A DNA stretch of 64,000 bases from Bdellovibrionales bacterium. Its GTDB lineage: Bacteria > Bdellovibrionota > Bdellovibrionia > Bdellovibrionales > UBA1609. Below the pieces are notes generated by a model, which was not told the DNA's origin, did not search any database, and saw only the letters and a program-made list of their open reading frames with translations. The DNA lies in NCBI GenBank assembly GCA_965199825.1, contig OZ241329.1, positions 1,856,001 through 1,920,000 on the forward strand, written 5' to 3'. Every line of letters starts with the position of its first letter. The stretch's first letter is position 1. Below, one piece after another: positions 38,686 through 48,630 of the stretch. The position numbers and the translations under genes are program-made.

Positions 38686-39308
38686 ACTCGCTTTGAACTC
38701 ATTTGCCACCCAAACAGTTGCTCGTGGCTTTTTAAAAAAAAATCTTTTGTCATATGATCCACAATTTCACCTTGTGGATTTTCTTTTGCTAAAAAATCAT
38801 TAAGATCCTGATAGATCAAATGATGAGCAACCCCATTCATCGAATACACGTCGTGATAACTGAGCCAATGATGAGAATTAAAAAAGTTGAGCAGACGGGT
38901 TTTAAAAATCGCTTCGGTTCGGGGCCAATTTTTTTTGTAAACCAAGCCAAGCTGACCAAGTACATTGCAAAACAAATAGGTGCAATGAGCGGGTCGGCTT
39001 AAGAGGGCTGAGCCATCATTGAGAAAAAAATCTTCGCAGTGCCATTGAACTTGAATACCAAATCGCATTCGAAATATTTTTTTGGCCAAGGGATCAGGAT
39101 CATAAACTGATATTGTTTTAAAATTCTCAAAAAAACTGTGTTGGGGCAGGCTCCATCCCCCGCTTGGCCCCACCAAGACCAAATGATCTTTGAGATTATG
39201 CCGAGATAAATTCATCGACACCCATTCTCTTAGAGGCTGCCAACGAGAGCGGTTAAAAAGTGCGCGGGCATGGTAAAAAGGCCCGCCGGTGACTTCAAAA
39301 GATGACAT
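38643..39308 (-). CDS. Hypothetical protein, possible Rossmann/SAM-type fold
   Basis: LVLVGPSGGWSLP and VYDPDP motifs; start (ATG 39308) overlaps the stop of the upstream PLP enzyme. Confidence 0.6.
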   Translation of the reverse strand: MSSFEVTGGPFYHARALFNRSRWQPLREWVSMNLSRHNLKDHLVLVGPSGGWSLPQHSFFENFKTISVYDPDPLAKKIFRMRFGIQVQWHCEDFFLNDGSALLSRPAHCTYLFCNVLGQLGLVYKKNWPRTEAIFKTRLLNFFNSHHWLSYHDVYSMNGVAHHLIYQDLNDFLAKENPQGEIVDHMTKDFFLKSHEQLFGWQMSSKRVHLLGWQSSEAPQL

Positions 39309-40261
39309 CAGAGAAAGTGATTTTCTTTCATCCAAGTGTCCGACACAAACTTCGACATGTAGTTGCGAATGCCGTCACATAACAGCACCACACAATTTTG
39401 ATCGGGTTTTAAATCCTTTGCCGCCTCTAGTGCCGCCCAGTGCGCCGCACCAGATGAGCCTCCGCATAAAAACCCCTCTTCACGAATCAACTGCCGAGCT
39501 GTCGAAAATGAATTTTGATCATTGGTCTTAACCCAATGATCAACGAGTGAGCGATCGAGGACATCAGGAATAAAGTCATAGCCAATGCCTTCAACCTTGT
39601 AAGAAAACACCTGGCCTGGTCCTGCCAAGATCGATCCCTCGGGATCCACACCCACAATTTGAACTTTTGGATTTTTCTGTTTTAATTTTTTTGCCACACC
39701 CGAGAGTGTTCCGCCCGTACCAGTGGTCATCACCACCATGTCCACTTTGCCCTTAAGATCTTGCCAAATTTCTTCGGCGGTAGTGACAAAATGAATATTG
39801 GGATTCGCCGGATTGGCGTACTGATTTAAAATATGAGCCCGCGGAATTTCTTTTTGAAGACGTTTTGCCACTCCAAATAAACTCTCAGGCGAGTCATAAG
39901 CCGCCTCGGTGGGTGTGCGAATAATTTCTGCACCAAGGGCTTCGAGAGTCACTTGTTTTTCCATGCTCATTTTTTGGGGCATCGTGATGATCACTCGGTA
40001 ACCCTTTACAGCACCAGCGAGCGCAATCCCAATCCCGGTGTTGCCAGAGGTCGGCTCAATCAGCACGTCACCGGGACGAATGCGGCCCGCATCTTCGGCC
40101 TCTTGCACCATGCTGAATCCGATTCGATCTTTGACCGAGCCGCCCGGATTTAAAAATTCGAGCTTCGCAAAGAGCTGACATTTAAGATCCCCTTTTACTT
40201 TTTGAACTTCAACGAGGGGAGTGCGACCGATCACATCGAGAATATTTTTGTATGTTGCCAT
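39308..40261 (-). CDS. PLP-dependent cystathionine beta-synthase / cysteine synthase family
   Basis: KLEFLNPGGSVKDRIG, EPTSGNTGIG, GTGGT, YKVEGIGYDF. Confidence 0.92.
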   Translation of the reverse strand: MATYKNILDVIGRTPLVEVQKVKGDLKCQLFAKLEFLNPGGSVKDRIGFSMVQEAEDAGRIRPGDVLIEPTSGNTGIGIALAGAVKGYRVIITMPQKMSMEKQVTLEALGAEIIRTPTEAAYDSPESLFGVAKRLQKEIPRAHILNQYANPANPNIHFVTTAEEIWQDLKGKVDMVVMTTGTGGTLSGVAKKLKQKNPKVQIVGVDPEGSILAGPGQVFSYKVEGIGYDFIPDVLDRSLVDHWVKTNDQNSFSTARQLIREEGFLCGGSSGAAHWAALEAAKDLKPDQNCVVLLCDGIRNYMSKFVSDTWMKENHFL

Positions 40262-40335
40262 TCAAACTCTCATTTGTTTTTCACTTGTTGGATTGAATTG
40301 GAAATGGTGACACTCTTTGGGAAAAGAGACAAATC

Positions 40336-40596
40336 ATGTCGCAACACCTTGCTAATTTAAACATCGGATCGAGCGCCGTGATCAGAGGATACATTGGAGA
40401 TCATTCAATTCATGAACGCCTTAAAGACCTCGGATTTGTTGAGGGCGCGGTTGTCCAGGCATTGTTCAGAGCACCTCTTGGTGGCCTTTCGATATTTCGG
40501 GTGGACAACACGACCGTTGCGCTCCGCGATGAGGAGGCGAGTTGCCTACGCATCTCGTTAATCGCGAAAACCAGCGAGATCCCATCATTGCTCTAG
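40336..40596 (+). CDS. feoA: Ferrous iron transport protein A
   Basis: RLKDLGFVEG, RAPLGG, VALRDEEA; precedes feoB. Confidence 0.88.
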   Translation: MSQHLANLNIGSSAVIRGYIGDHSIHERLKDLGFVEGAVVQALFRAPLGGLSIFRVDNTTVALRDEEASCLRISLIAKTSEIPSLL

Positions 40597-42443
40597 TTGG
40601 TTCACCCAACTCTGGTAAAACATCTCTTTATAACTGGCTGACAGGATCAAAATTCAAAACGGTCAATTATCCCGGTGCAACGGTGGATTGCTTTATTGGG
40701 CCTGTGCAATCGGCATTGGGCTCAGGCCTGCGATTTATGGACACTCCAGGGACTTATAGTCTCCTCGCCAAAACTCCGGATGAAGAAGTGACCACTCAAG
40801 CTCTCTTCCACGCCAAAACCAATGACCAGATCGATGCGGTTTTGGTTGTGATTGATGCCACCCAAATCCGAAGGCAGCTTTTAATTGTTGAGCAAGTGAT
40901 TCGATCCGGATTTCGCTGTGTGGTTGCAATCACCATGATGGATTTACTGCGAAAAAAAGGGATGAGTCTCGATATCGAAAAATTAAGTCAACATCTTAAA
41001 GTTTCGGTGGTGTCGGTGGAAGCGCGTCTTGGTGGAAACGTTCAACAGCTGATCAATATTTTTAAGAATTTTGATTTTCAAAATTCGGACGCACCAAAGT
41101 TGCACATTCCCACATCGGAAGAAAATCAGATTTTAAGAAAATTAACTGAGACAATTTTAAAAGATGTTTTCAAAGAGGGTATCGAAAAGCGTGACATTTT
41201 ATCCGAAACTTTAAAGATCGATAAGATTTTGCTCCATCGAGTGTACGGACCCCTTTTGTTTTTAGCCGTAATGACACTTCTTTTTACCAGCATCTTTTTT
41301 TTGGCTGCTCCTTTGATGGATTTGATTGACCAGAGCTTTTCTGCCTTTTCGAATTCAGTTTTAGGGCTTCCTACACCAAGCCTCCTCAAAGAGTTTATTG
41401 GTGCTGGAATTTTACCAAGCTTCGGTGCGGTTCTTGTTTTTGTTCCCCAAATTTTTATTTTATTTTTAGGAATTGGAATTCTGGAAGACACGGGCTATCT
41501 CGCTCGGGCCGCAACACTGATTGATCGTCCCTTTTCAAAGATCGGTTTAAGCGGGCGCTCTTTTGTGCCGCTGCTATCGGGTTTTGCTTGTGCGGTGCCT
41601 GCAATGATGGCGACCCGAAATATTTCATCTGCCAAAGAACGTTGGATCGTTTTATTTATTCTTCCTCTGATGACCTGCTCTGCGCGCTTGCCCGTCTATG
41701 CTTTGTTGATTTCATTTTTGTTTCATGGAAAATCCTCGGCTCTTGCCGGAATGTTTTTGGCAGGAATTTATTTGGCCTCAATTTTATTGGGTTCGGTAGC
41801 GGCCGCAATCATTCATCGTGTTTTTAAAAATCGAATCAAAAGTCATTTTGCACTTGAGCTTCCGATCTACCGAGTGCCGCAGTGGCGTTTGGTTTTTCGC
41901 AGCAGTCTGATGAGAACAAAAACTTATTTGATCAATGCGGGCCCTGTGATCTTTTTTGTCGCACTCGGCTTGTGGGCAGCCTCTTCCTTTCCGAGAACAG
42001 ATATCTATACGATGCCGCCACTGTCGCAAAGTTATGCCGCTCTAGTGGGGCAGTGGATTGAGCCAGTGTTTAAACCGATGGGTCTGGATTGGAGAGTGGG
42101 AGTGGGATTGCTCTCGGCTTTTTCGGCACGAGAGGTTTTTGTGGCTTCACTTGCCTTGGTGATGAATTTTTCGGGCACATTGAGCGATGCATCTTTGCGC
42201 GAAGGCTTGATCGCCAATATGCAAAAGGCAACCTTTGGTGATGGCACACCTGTTTTTACCACCGCCTCGGTTTTAGGATTGATCGTCTTTTTTATGATCG
42301 CGGTCCAATGCATGTCGACCACCGCCACTGCGGCTCGGGAGTGGAAATCATGGAAGCTTGCCATTTTTCAACTGATTGCATTTAATCTTTTGGCCTATGC
42401 TGCGGCTTGTACCATCGTTCAAGTTGGTAGACTCTTAAGCTGA
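40542..42443 (+). CDS. feoB: Ferrous iron transport protein B
   Basis: GSPNSGKT, NYPGATVD, DTPGTYSL, LEDTGYLAR, GFACAVPA, CSARLPVY. Confidence 0.95.
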   Translation: MPTHLVNRENQRDPIIALVGSPNSGKTSLYNWLTGSKFKTVNYPGATVDCFIGPVQSALGSGLRFMDTPGTYSLLAKTPDEEVTTQALFHAKTNDQIDAVLVVIDATQIRRQLLIVEQVIRSGFRCVVAITMMDLLRKKGMSLDIEKLSQHLKVSVVSVEARLGGNVQQLINIFKNFDFQNSDAPKLHIPTSEENQILRKLTETILKDVFKEGIEKRDILSETLKIDKILLHRVYGPLLFLAVMTLLFTSIFFLAAPLMDLIDQSFSAFSNSVLGLPTPSLLKEFIGAGILPSFGAVLVFVPQIFILFLGIGILEDTGYLARAATLIDRPFSKIGLSGRSFVPLLSGFACAVPAMMATRNISSAKERWIVLFILPLMTCSARLPVYALLISFLFHGKSSALAGMFLAGIYLASILLGSVAAAIIHRVFKNRIKSHFALELPIYRVPQWRLVFRSSLMRTKTYLINAGPVIFFVALGLWAASSFPRTDIYTMPPLSQSYAALVGQWIEPVFKPMGLDWRVGVGLLSAFSAREVFVASLALVMNFSGTLSDASLREGLIANMQKATFGDGTPVFTTASVLGLIVFFMIAVQCMSTTATAAREWKSWKLAIFQLIAFNLLAYAAACTIVQVGRLLS

Positions 42444-43645
42444 TGCTGAGTCGTCTTTTTACAAAACGAATGTTGATTATTTTTTTGATGGGTTTTTCAT
42501 CAGGATTGCCGCTGCTCTTGACTGGCTCAACATTGCGCATGCGGTTGTCCGATGCAGGAATTGATCTCACCACCATTGGCGCTTTGTCATTGGTTGGTCT
42601 TCCTTACAGCCTTAAGTTTTTGTGGTCGCCGTTGCTCGATCGCTACCAACTGTTCCAACTTTTTGGCCGGCGTCGAAGTTGGTTAATTGTGGTGCAAGCC
42701 CTTTTGGGATTTGCGCTCTGTGCCCTTGCTCTCAGCGATGATTCCTTGGTGATGATCGGTGGACTTTGTTTATTGGTCGCATTCTTAAGCGCCACCCAGG
42801 ATATTTTGATCGACGCGTACCGCAGAGAAATTTTGCCCGATGAAGAATTGGGCTTGGGCTCAAGCCTTGCGGTCAATGGCTACCGAGTGGCGTTGCTGTA
42901 CTCAGGTGGAATTGCATTGGTCATGGCCGATCATATGACATGGAATCAGGTTTATTTGTTGATGGCTTTAAGTGTTGGGATCGGAATCGTGACCACTTTA
43001 TTTTGTGATGAGCCACAAGTTGTTTTGAGTCATAAAAAAAGTTTGAAGCAAGCTTTTTTGGATCCCTTTTTAGAAATGTTTAAGCGCCCGGGTGTTTGGA
43101 CACTGCTTTTGTTTATTGTTCTTTATAAAATTGGCGACAGTATGGCCTCAGATATGACCGGACTGTATTTTAAAGATCTTGGTTTTACCAAAACAGAAAT
43201 CGGCACGGTGGCAAAGCTCTTTGGATTTTGGGCGACCATCATTGGCGGATTTGTTGGGGGCTTTGCAATCATCAAATTAAAAACCTATCGAGCCCTTTGG
43301 ATATTTGGAATTCTCCAAGCAGTTTCGATTTTGAGTTTTACCGCATTGTACTTTGTCGAACACAGTGTGAGTTTTCTTGCGCTGAGTATCACCTTCGAAA
43401 ATCTGACCTCAGGAATGGGGACTGCGGCTTATGCGGGCTTTATAGCCGGATTGACCGACCGGCGTTTTACCGCAACCCAATATGCCTTACTAACATCACT
43501 CACAGGAATTCCGCGCATTTTTGCGTCGGCTCCTACCGGATATTTGGCAACCCACTTGGGCTGGCCGCTTTATTTTGTGTTTTGCACGCTCGCGGCGCTA
43601 CCGGGTTTATTTTTGATTCTAAAAATTAAAGATAATGCTTGTTAA
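42443..43645 (+). CDS. ampG: AmpG family muropeptide MFS permease
   Basis: GFSSGLP, KFLWSPLLD, GRRRSW, SATQDILIDAYR, FTATQYALL. Confidence 0.93.
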   Translation: MLSRLFTKRMLIIFLMGFSSGLPLLLTGSTLRMRLSDAGIDLTTIGALSLVGLPYSLKFLWSPLLDRYQLFQLFGRRRSWLIVVQALLGFALCALALSDDSLVMIGGLCLLVAFLSATQDILIDAYRREILPDEELGLGSSLAVNGYRVALLYSGGIALVMADHMTWNQVYLLMALSVGIGIVTTLFCDEPQVVLSHKKSLKQAFLDPFLEMFKRPGVWTLLLFIVLYKIGDSMASDMTGLYFKDLGFTKTEIGTVAKLFGFWATIIGGFVGGFAIIKLKTYRALWIFGILQAVSILSFTALYFVEHSVSFLALSITFENLTSGMGTAAYAGFIAGLTDRRFTATQYALLTSLTGIPRIFASAPTGYLATHLGWPLYFVFCTLAALPGLFLILKIKDNAC

Positions 43646-44045
43646 GAAGTGCCGATTCAATGTCGATCACATACACGTTCGACATATTAAAACGATGATA
43701 ATCAAAGCGCTTTAAATTTTCCCAGACAGTCAATGCGTCGGTGTTTTCACTGTCAATCACGTAGGATGCAAAATATCCCACCATCCTTAGGGCCCAACCA
43801 AAAGCTTGTTTGTCGGTTTTGAAATTGTAATCTCCGGTGCGCTCCAAAACCTCGGGCGTTTCTGCATCTAAGCAGACCAAGATATCATTACGCTGTTTTG
43901 AAAAACGACAGACGCTCAAAGTCAGATTCTCGGTAATGCGCAAAACCTTATTTTCGTCGTCCTTGAGCCAAAATCCCTCAATGCTGCCATCGGCTTGAGC
44001 CAACTGGGACATCACACAAAACAATATCACAACTAAAACTTTCAT
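43626..44045 (-). CDS. Secreted hypothetical protein (possibly lipocalin-like)
   Basis: GAGGAG RBS, signal peptide ending AQA, IEGFW motif. Confidence 0.6.
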   Translation of the reverse strand: MKVLVVILFCVMSQLAQADGSIEGFWLKDDENKVLRITENLTLSVCRFSKQRNDILVCLDAETPEVLERTGDYNFKTDKQAFGWALRMVGYFASYVIDSENTDALTVWENLKRFDYHRFNMSNVYVIDIESALLNKHYL

Positions 44046-44070
44046 CAAAATCTCCTCTATTCGCTATCCA

Positions 44071-44085
44071 GCAGTATTCGTGCCG
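44071..44085 (-). promoter_or_regulatory. Putative sigma54 promoter
   Basis: Minus strand CGGCACGAATACTGC (GG-N10-GC) upstream of ATG 44045. Confidence 0.5.
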
Positions 44086-44166
44086 GAGTTTCATTTAAAC
44101 AAAACTAGTCGTAGGCCAGATGCAAGCGCCCCCAACATCTTTTAAAATAATAATGGGGGGATTAAA

Positions 44167-44979
44167 ATGGGGCTGAAATTATGTTTATTTCTATTGGCAT
44201 TTGAGTGTTGGGGACAAGTCCGAAACGAGCTGAATGAGCCATATGTGTTGGATCATGGCTATAAAGTTAAAAATTCGGTTTTATTGATCCATGGTTTGAC
44301 CGATTCGCCGTACTACACTCGGGCGATTGCCGAGATTTTGTATTCCGAGGGATTTAATGTTGTAGGTATTTTACTCTCCGGCCATGGCACCCGCCCCGAA
44401 GACTTGCTCAAAACAAAATTAACCGCGTGGATTGTAGACACCCAAAAGGGTTTTCAGATCGCACAATCCTTGGGTGAGAATATTTATGTGGGCGGTCTCT
44501 CACTCGGTGGAGCATTGAGTATTCACCTCAGTCGGCACCAGCCTTTAATCAAAGGTCTTTTTTTATTTTCGCCGGCGATCTTGGTAAGGAATTGGGAAAG
44601 TGAATTGGCTTGCGGTGCTCGTTATTTTCAAAAGTGGGTGGCCGATACTCCTGAGCAAAGTCTCGTGCGATACAACAAAATGGCGGTAAACAGTGTGTGC
44701 CAAATCAATCGCTTAATTGAATTGAATCAGTACGGTGGCATTGCTCATCAAATTGCGATTCCAACATTTATAGCGATGACAGATGACGACCAAACTATCT
44801 TGCCATGGGCGATTAAAAATTTTTATTTGAACCTTCGTTCACCTCATAAAGCCTTGGTCGAATATCCGGTAACAGATCATGTGGGCCATGCGGACCTTGT
44901 AAGACCCGAGCTCAATCCAAAATTTCAAGAACTTGAAGAAAAATTAAGAGCCTTTATCAAAGAAAACACCCGAACTTAA
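44167..44979 (+). CDS. Secreted alpha/beta hydrolase (esterase/lipase)
   Basis: LIHGLTDSPY, GHGT, GLSLGG nucleophile, late Asp and His. Confidence 0.88.
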   Translation: MGLKLCLFLLAFECWGQVRNELNEPYVLDHGYKVKNSVLLIHGLTDSPYYTRAIAEILYSEGFNVVGILLSGHGTRPEDLLKTKLTAWIVDTQKGFQIAQSLGENIYVGGLSLGGALSIHLSRHQPLIKGLFLFSPAILVRNWESELACGARYFQKWVADTPEQSLVRYNKMAVNSVCQINRLIELNQYGGIAHQIAIPTFIAMTDDDQTILPWAIKNFYLNLRSPHKALVEYPVTDHVGHADLVRPELNPKFQELEEKLRAFIKENTRT

Positions 44980-44991
44980 GAGGTTCGGGTG
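44959..44991 (-). terminator. Intrinsic terminator
   Basis: CACCCGAAC/GTTCGGGTG 9-bp stem with TTTTCTTT tail on the minus strand. Confidence 0.75.
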
Positions 44992-45027
44992 CAGGAGGGA
45001 AGGGGCAGGAGGATGTGGGGGTGGGAA

Positions 45028-45186
45028 CTACCTTGAAGAGTTAGGCTTTAAGGGCTGCATCGGTTTATTCGAATCAGTCAAAACAACTTTTTTGGTGAGG
45101 GGGACCGGCGGGGTAACCGGAGGCTCTGCGCCAAATGCCGAGTTTGACATCAGCAGTGCAACGAACGGAATCACCATAACTTTCAT
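45028..45186 (-). CDS. 52-aa secreted Pro-rich small protein (absent from ORF track)
   Basis: AAAGGAG RBS; MKVMVIPFVALLMSNSAFGAEPPVTPPVPLTKKVVLTDSNKPMQPLKPNSSR. Confidence 0.65.
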   Translation of the reverse strand: MKVMVIPFVALLMSNSAFGAEPPVTPPVPLTKKVVLTDSNKPMQPLKPNSSR

Positions 45187-45275
45187 CGTTTTCTCCTTTG
45201 CTTTAGAAAGGTTGATGCGGATACAGCTAGAGATATCTCAAAAAAATGAACCACGTTTGAACAAGCTATGAAGAT

Positions 45276-47672
45276 ATGACTACAATTGACCGGCCTTTAA
45301 AAATAATTTTGCCCGTCTTAATTGTGATCCTTTTGGCGGTCAGTGCTTTTTCTTGCTGGGGAATTTACCAGCTTCTACAGACCATTCGAATCCAAAATCA
45401 CGGTTTAAATATTCAGGCAAAAATTCATGGGCTTGAGGCTTTAATCCAGCAGGCCGAGACTGCAGGCCAGTCGATCTTGTTATTAGGTGATGACGACTAT
45501 CGCGACGATTATCAGCTCAGTGTCGAAAAAATTCTGCGCCGTTTAAAAGATCTCAAACTCCTTTTTAAAAACGATCAAAAACAACTTGAGACTTTTGCCC
45601 AGGTCGAAAATCTGATTGCCCAACGCCTTGCCCATTTGGGTGAGCAAGTCGAGGGCTCGATCGAAAGTCATGAAGAGATCGAAGCGATTTTACGCTCCTA
45701 CAAAAAAGGTTTAATCCTTGGAAGCTTAATCAATAAAACTTTTCAAGAGATGGACCAGCGCGAGGCCATTGAACTCAAAAATCATGAGCTCAATGTCAAA
45801 GTCTACTCTGAATCAGCCATCGAATTTATCGCCACCGGAACCGTTTTAACTTTAGCATTGGTTTTGCTCTTTGCATTTTTGGCGCTCAGAGAAATTCGTC
45901 AGCGCAATCAATTGCTCGGTGAACTTAGCCAAGCGCGTGAAGATGCCAACGTGGCCTCAAAACTAAAATCTCAGTTTTTGGCAACCGTAAGTCATGAGAT
46001 TCGCACGCCGTTAAATGGGATTATCGGATTTAGCGAGTTGCTTTCAAGACGGATTAAAACTTCGGATGAAAAAAAGATGGTCGATCTAATCAACCAATCC
46101 GGGGTGAATCTTTTAAAAATTGTGAATGATATTTTAGATTTTTCAAAAATTGAGGCCGATAAAATTGATTTTGAAAATTCGGACTTCTCACTTTCGGACT
46201 TGATTGCAAACGCAATTGAAATGTCTTCGATCAAAGCGCTAGAAAAAAATCTGATTGTATTGAATTACATCGATCCCGATATTCCAATGATACTTCATGG
46301 AGACTCATCGCGGATTCTCCAAGTGCTCCAAAATCTTTTAAATAATGCTCTGAAATTTACCGATCGCGGTGGAGTATTCATTAAAGTGATGGGTCACAAA
46401 GATCAAAAGATCGCACGCGTGCGAATCGAAATTCAAGATACCGGACGTGGGATTGCCCAAAATGAGCAAAATCTTTTGTTTCAACCCTTTAATCAGGTGG
46501 TGCCCTCAGAAGGCACGGGGCTGGGATTGAGTATTTGTAAAACTCTGGTTGAAAAGATGAATGGCGAAATTGGGGTGCAGAGTCAAATCGGTGAGGGGTC
46601 AACGTTTTGGTTTGAGCTTCCGCTCCCTATTATAAAAGAAAATAAATCTGATCTTTTTAAGGCGACCTCTTTCAAGACACGGGTGATTACAAAAAATCAA
46701 ATTATTAAGCGCTGTTTGAAATGCTACTTTTCAGAGTGGGAGATCGACGCCGATTTTGTTGAGGAATCCACCGGGCTTCATATCCAAGACTATTTGTTAA
46801 TCAAGGATGTGTCGCAAAACAAAAATCAAGAAGATCCAATTCAACCAAACACAGTTTATTTAATTAACCTGGCGTCCGATGTGCAATATCCCGACAGTTT
46901 AAACGTTCCATTTTCGCGCGATGAGCTAAAAATAATTATTCAAAAAAGAGTGGGTCATGTTTCGGCCTCTCAGGGTCAGCCTATGATCCTGCTTGCCGAA
47001 GACAATCCGGTGAATCAAGCCTTGGTTGAAATGCATGCGGCAGAATCAAACTTACAAATTCGAACGGTCACTGACGGTCAAGCGGTCTTGGAGATTTTGC
47101 GCTCGCAAAAATTTGATATGATTCTGATGGATGTTCAGATGCCTCAGATGAATGGGCTAGAAGCCACAAAAATAATTAGACTTAATGAGCAAGACAGCGG
47201 TGAGCACATTCCTATAATCGCAATGACCGCAAATGCTTCCCAAGTAGACAAAGAGCGGTGCTTTGGCGCAGGCATGGATGATTATATCTCAAAGCCCTTT
47301 CATGCTGAGGTTCTTGAGGCTGTATTTAAAAAATACCTTTCGATAAAGCCTGTGTTGATTGATTGGGAGATTTTAAAGTCGCTTGCCAAAAAAACAAATT
47401 CTCGCACAGCAAAAAGACTGATCGAAACTTTTTTGACCACTTTGCCCGGTGCAATCATCACTCTTGAAAAAGCGGCTCTCAATCAAGACGATTCACAGTT
47501 GTCAGGGTTGGGACATAGTCTTAAGTCATCCTGCTATGCACTCGGTGCGAATTCTCTTGGCAATTTATTTGGCGAGCTCGAAACCGATCCGAACCCCTTG
47601 TTAATCGAGCGATTGATTACGATGTGCCGCGATGTTCAAAATGAATTTATAAATCACAATCAAGATTTTTGA
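45276..47672 (+). CDS. Hybrid sensor kinase (CHASE3-like, HisKA, HATPase, REC, HPt)
   Basis: Two TMs, [36 protein letters not shown]. Confidence 0.92.
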   Translation: MTTIDRPLKIILPVLIVILLAVSAFSCWGIYQLLQTIRIQNHGLNIQAKIHGLEALIQQAETAGQSILLLGDDDYRDDYQLSVEKILRRLKDLKLLFKNDQKQLETFAQVENLIAQRLAHLGEQVEGSIESHEEIEAILRSYKKGLILGSLINKTFQEMDQREAIELKNHELNVKVYSESAIEFIATGTVLTLALVLLFAFLALREIRQRNQLLGELSQAREDANVASKLKSQFLATVSHEIRTPLNGIIGFSELLSRRIKTSDEKKMVDLINQSGVNLLKIVNDILDFSKIEADKIDFENSDFSLSDLIANAIEMSSIKALEKNLIVLNYIDPDIPMILHGDSSRILQVLQNLLNNALKFTDRGGVFIKVMGHKDQKIARVRIEIQDTGRGIAQNEQNLLFQPFNQVVPSEGTGLGLSICKTLVEKMNGEIGVQSQIGEGSTFWFELPLPIIKENKSDLFKATSFKTRVITKNQIIKRCLKCYFSEWEIDADFVEESTGLHIQDYLLIKDVSQNKNQEDPIQPNTVYLINLASDVQYPDSLNVPFSRDELKIIIQKRVGHVSASQGQPMILLAEDNPVNQALVEMHAAESNLQIRTVTDGQAVLEILRSQKFDMILMDVQMPQMNGLEATKIIRLNEQDSGEHIPIIAMTANASQVDKERCFGAGMDDYISKPFHAEVLEAVFKKYLSIKPVLIDWEILKSLAKKTNSRTAKRLIETFLTTLPGAIITLEKAALNQDDSQLSGLGHSLKSSCYALGANSLGNLFGELETDPNPLLIERLITMCRDVQNEFINHNQDF

Positions 47673-48352
47673 ATCACCAAGCGATAGCCCTCACCAATCA
47701 CGGTTTCGATTTTGGCCGAACTCTCGGCAATCTTTTTACGCAAATGTCCCACGTGGGTATCCACAGTGCGATCGGTGATGTGGGTGTCGTTACCCCAAAC
47801 TTCATTTAAGAGTTGCTCACGCGAATAGATCCGCTCGGGATTTTTACCCAATATAATAAGGAGCTTAAATTCGAGTGAAGTCAGCTCAATCAATTTTTCT
47901 TTGCCGTCTAATACAACCCACACCCGTTGTTTTGGCAGCGAGGCCAAAAGATTACCGATTCGAAAATTATCCGAACGATTTTGTTGGCGCTCCATCCGTT
48001 TGAGCTTTGCATCCACTCGCGCCGAAAGCTCAAGGGGATCAAAGGGCTTGGTAATAAAATCTTCGGCTCCAACGTTAAAGGCCAAAACTTTATTTGAGAT
48101 CTCCGATTTTGCTGTAAGAATAAAAACCGGAATCTCATCATGATTTTTGAGTTGTTTGAGGTCGGTCAAAAAACTGAGCCCATTGCCGTCGGGTAAGCCC
48201 AAATCTAAAATCACAAGATCAAAGGGCTGAGTGGTCAGCGCCGAGCGAGCGTCGGCAAGAGTGAGGGCAAACTGCAGATGGTAATGAGGCAAAGAGGCCT
48301 CAATCAGGACTCTCATTTCGGCATTATCTTCGACACACAAAATTTGACGCAA
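47660..48352 (-). CDS. OmpR/PhoB family response regulator
   Basis: [37 protein letters not shown]. Confidence 0.93.
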   Translation of the reverse strand: MRQILCVEDNAEMRVLIEASLPHYHLQFALTLADARSALTTQPFDLVILDLGLPDGNGLSFLTDLKQLKNHDEIPVFILTAKSEISNKVLAFNVGAEDFITKPFDPLELSARVDAKLKRMERQQNRSDNFRIGNLLASLPKQRVWVVLDGKEKLIELTSLEFKLLIILGKNPERIYSREQLLNEVWGNDTHITDRTVDTHVGHLRKKIAESSAKIETVIGEGYRLVIQKS

Positions 48353-48479
48353 AGCCTAGACCTCCGATAAAAATATTTATTTAACGTTGGATGGCCGGAG
48401 CAGCAACACATAAAGGATTTTTCGCTTGCCCCAAAAGGCGGGCGGCTGATACTTCTTAACATCTTGTCAATTCGCTAAA

Positions 48480-48555
48480 TGGGGTGTCGCCAAGTTGGTA
48501 AGGCATCAGATTTTGATTCTGACACTCGCAGGTTCGAGTCCTGCCACCCCATCCA
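48480..48555 (+). tRNA. tRNA-Gln (anticodon UUG)
   Basis: Acceptor TGGGGTG/CACCCCA, anticodon arm TCAGA-TTTTGAT-TCTGA, T-loop GGTTCGAGTCC, encoded CCA. Confidence 0.96.
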
Positions 48556-48630
48556 ATTATTTGATCTCAACGTCGCTGTCCTCGCCGCGCTTCGCTTGCT
48601 GCGGAACGCTCCTTTTGAGATCAAAAAATT
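48555..48630. repeat. Inverted-repeat element directly after the tRNA
   Basis: AATTATTTGATCTCAA ... TTGAGATCAAAAAATT (15/16 match) enclosing a GC-rich inner hairpin CCGCGC-TTCGCTT-GCTGCGG. Confidence 0.75.
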
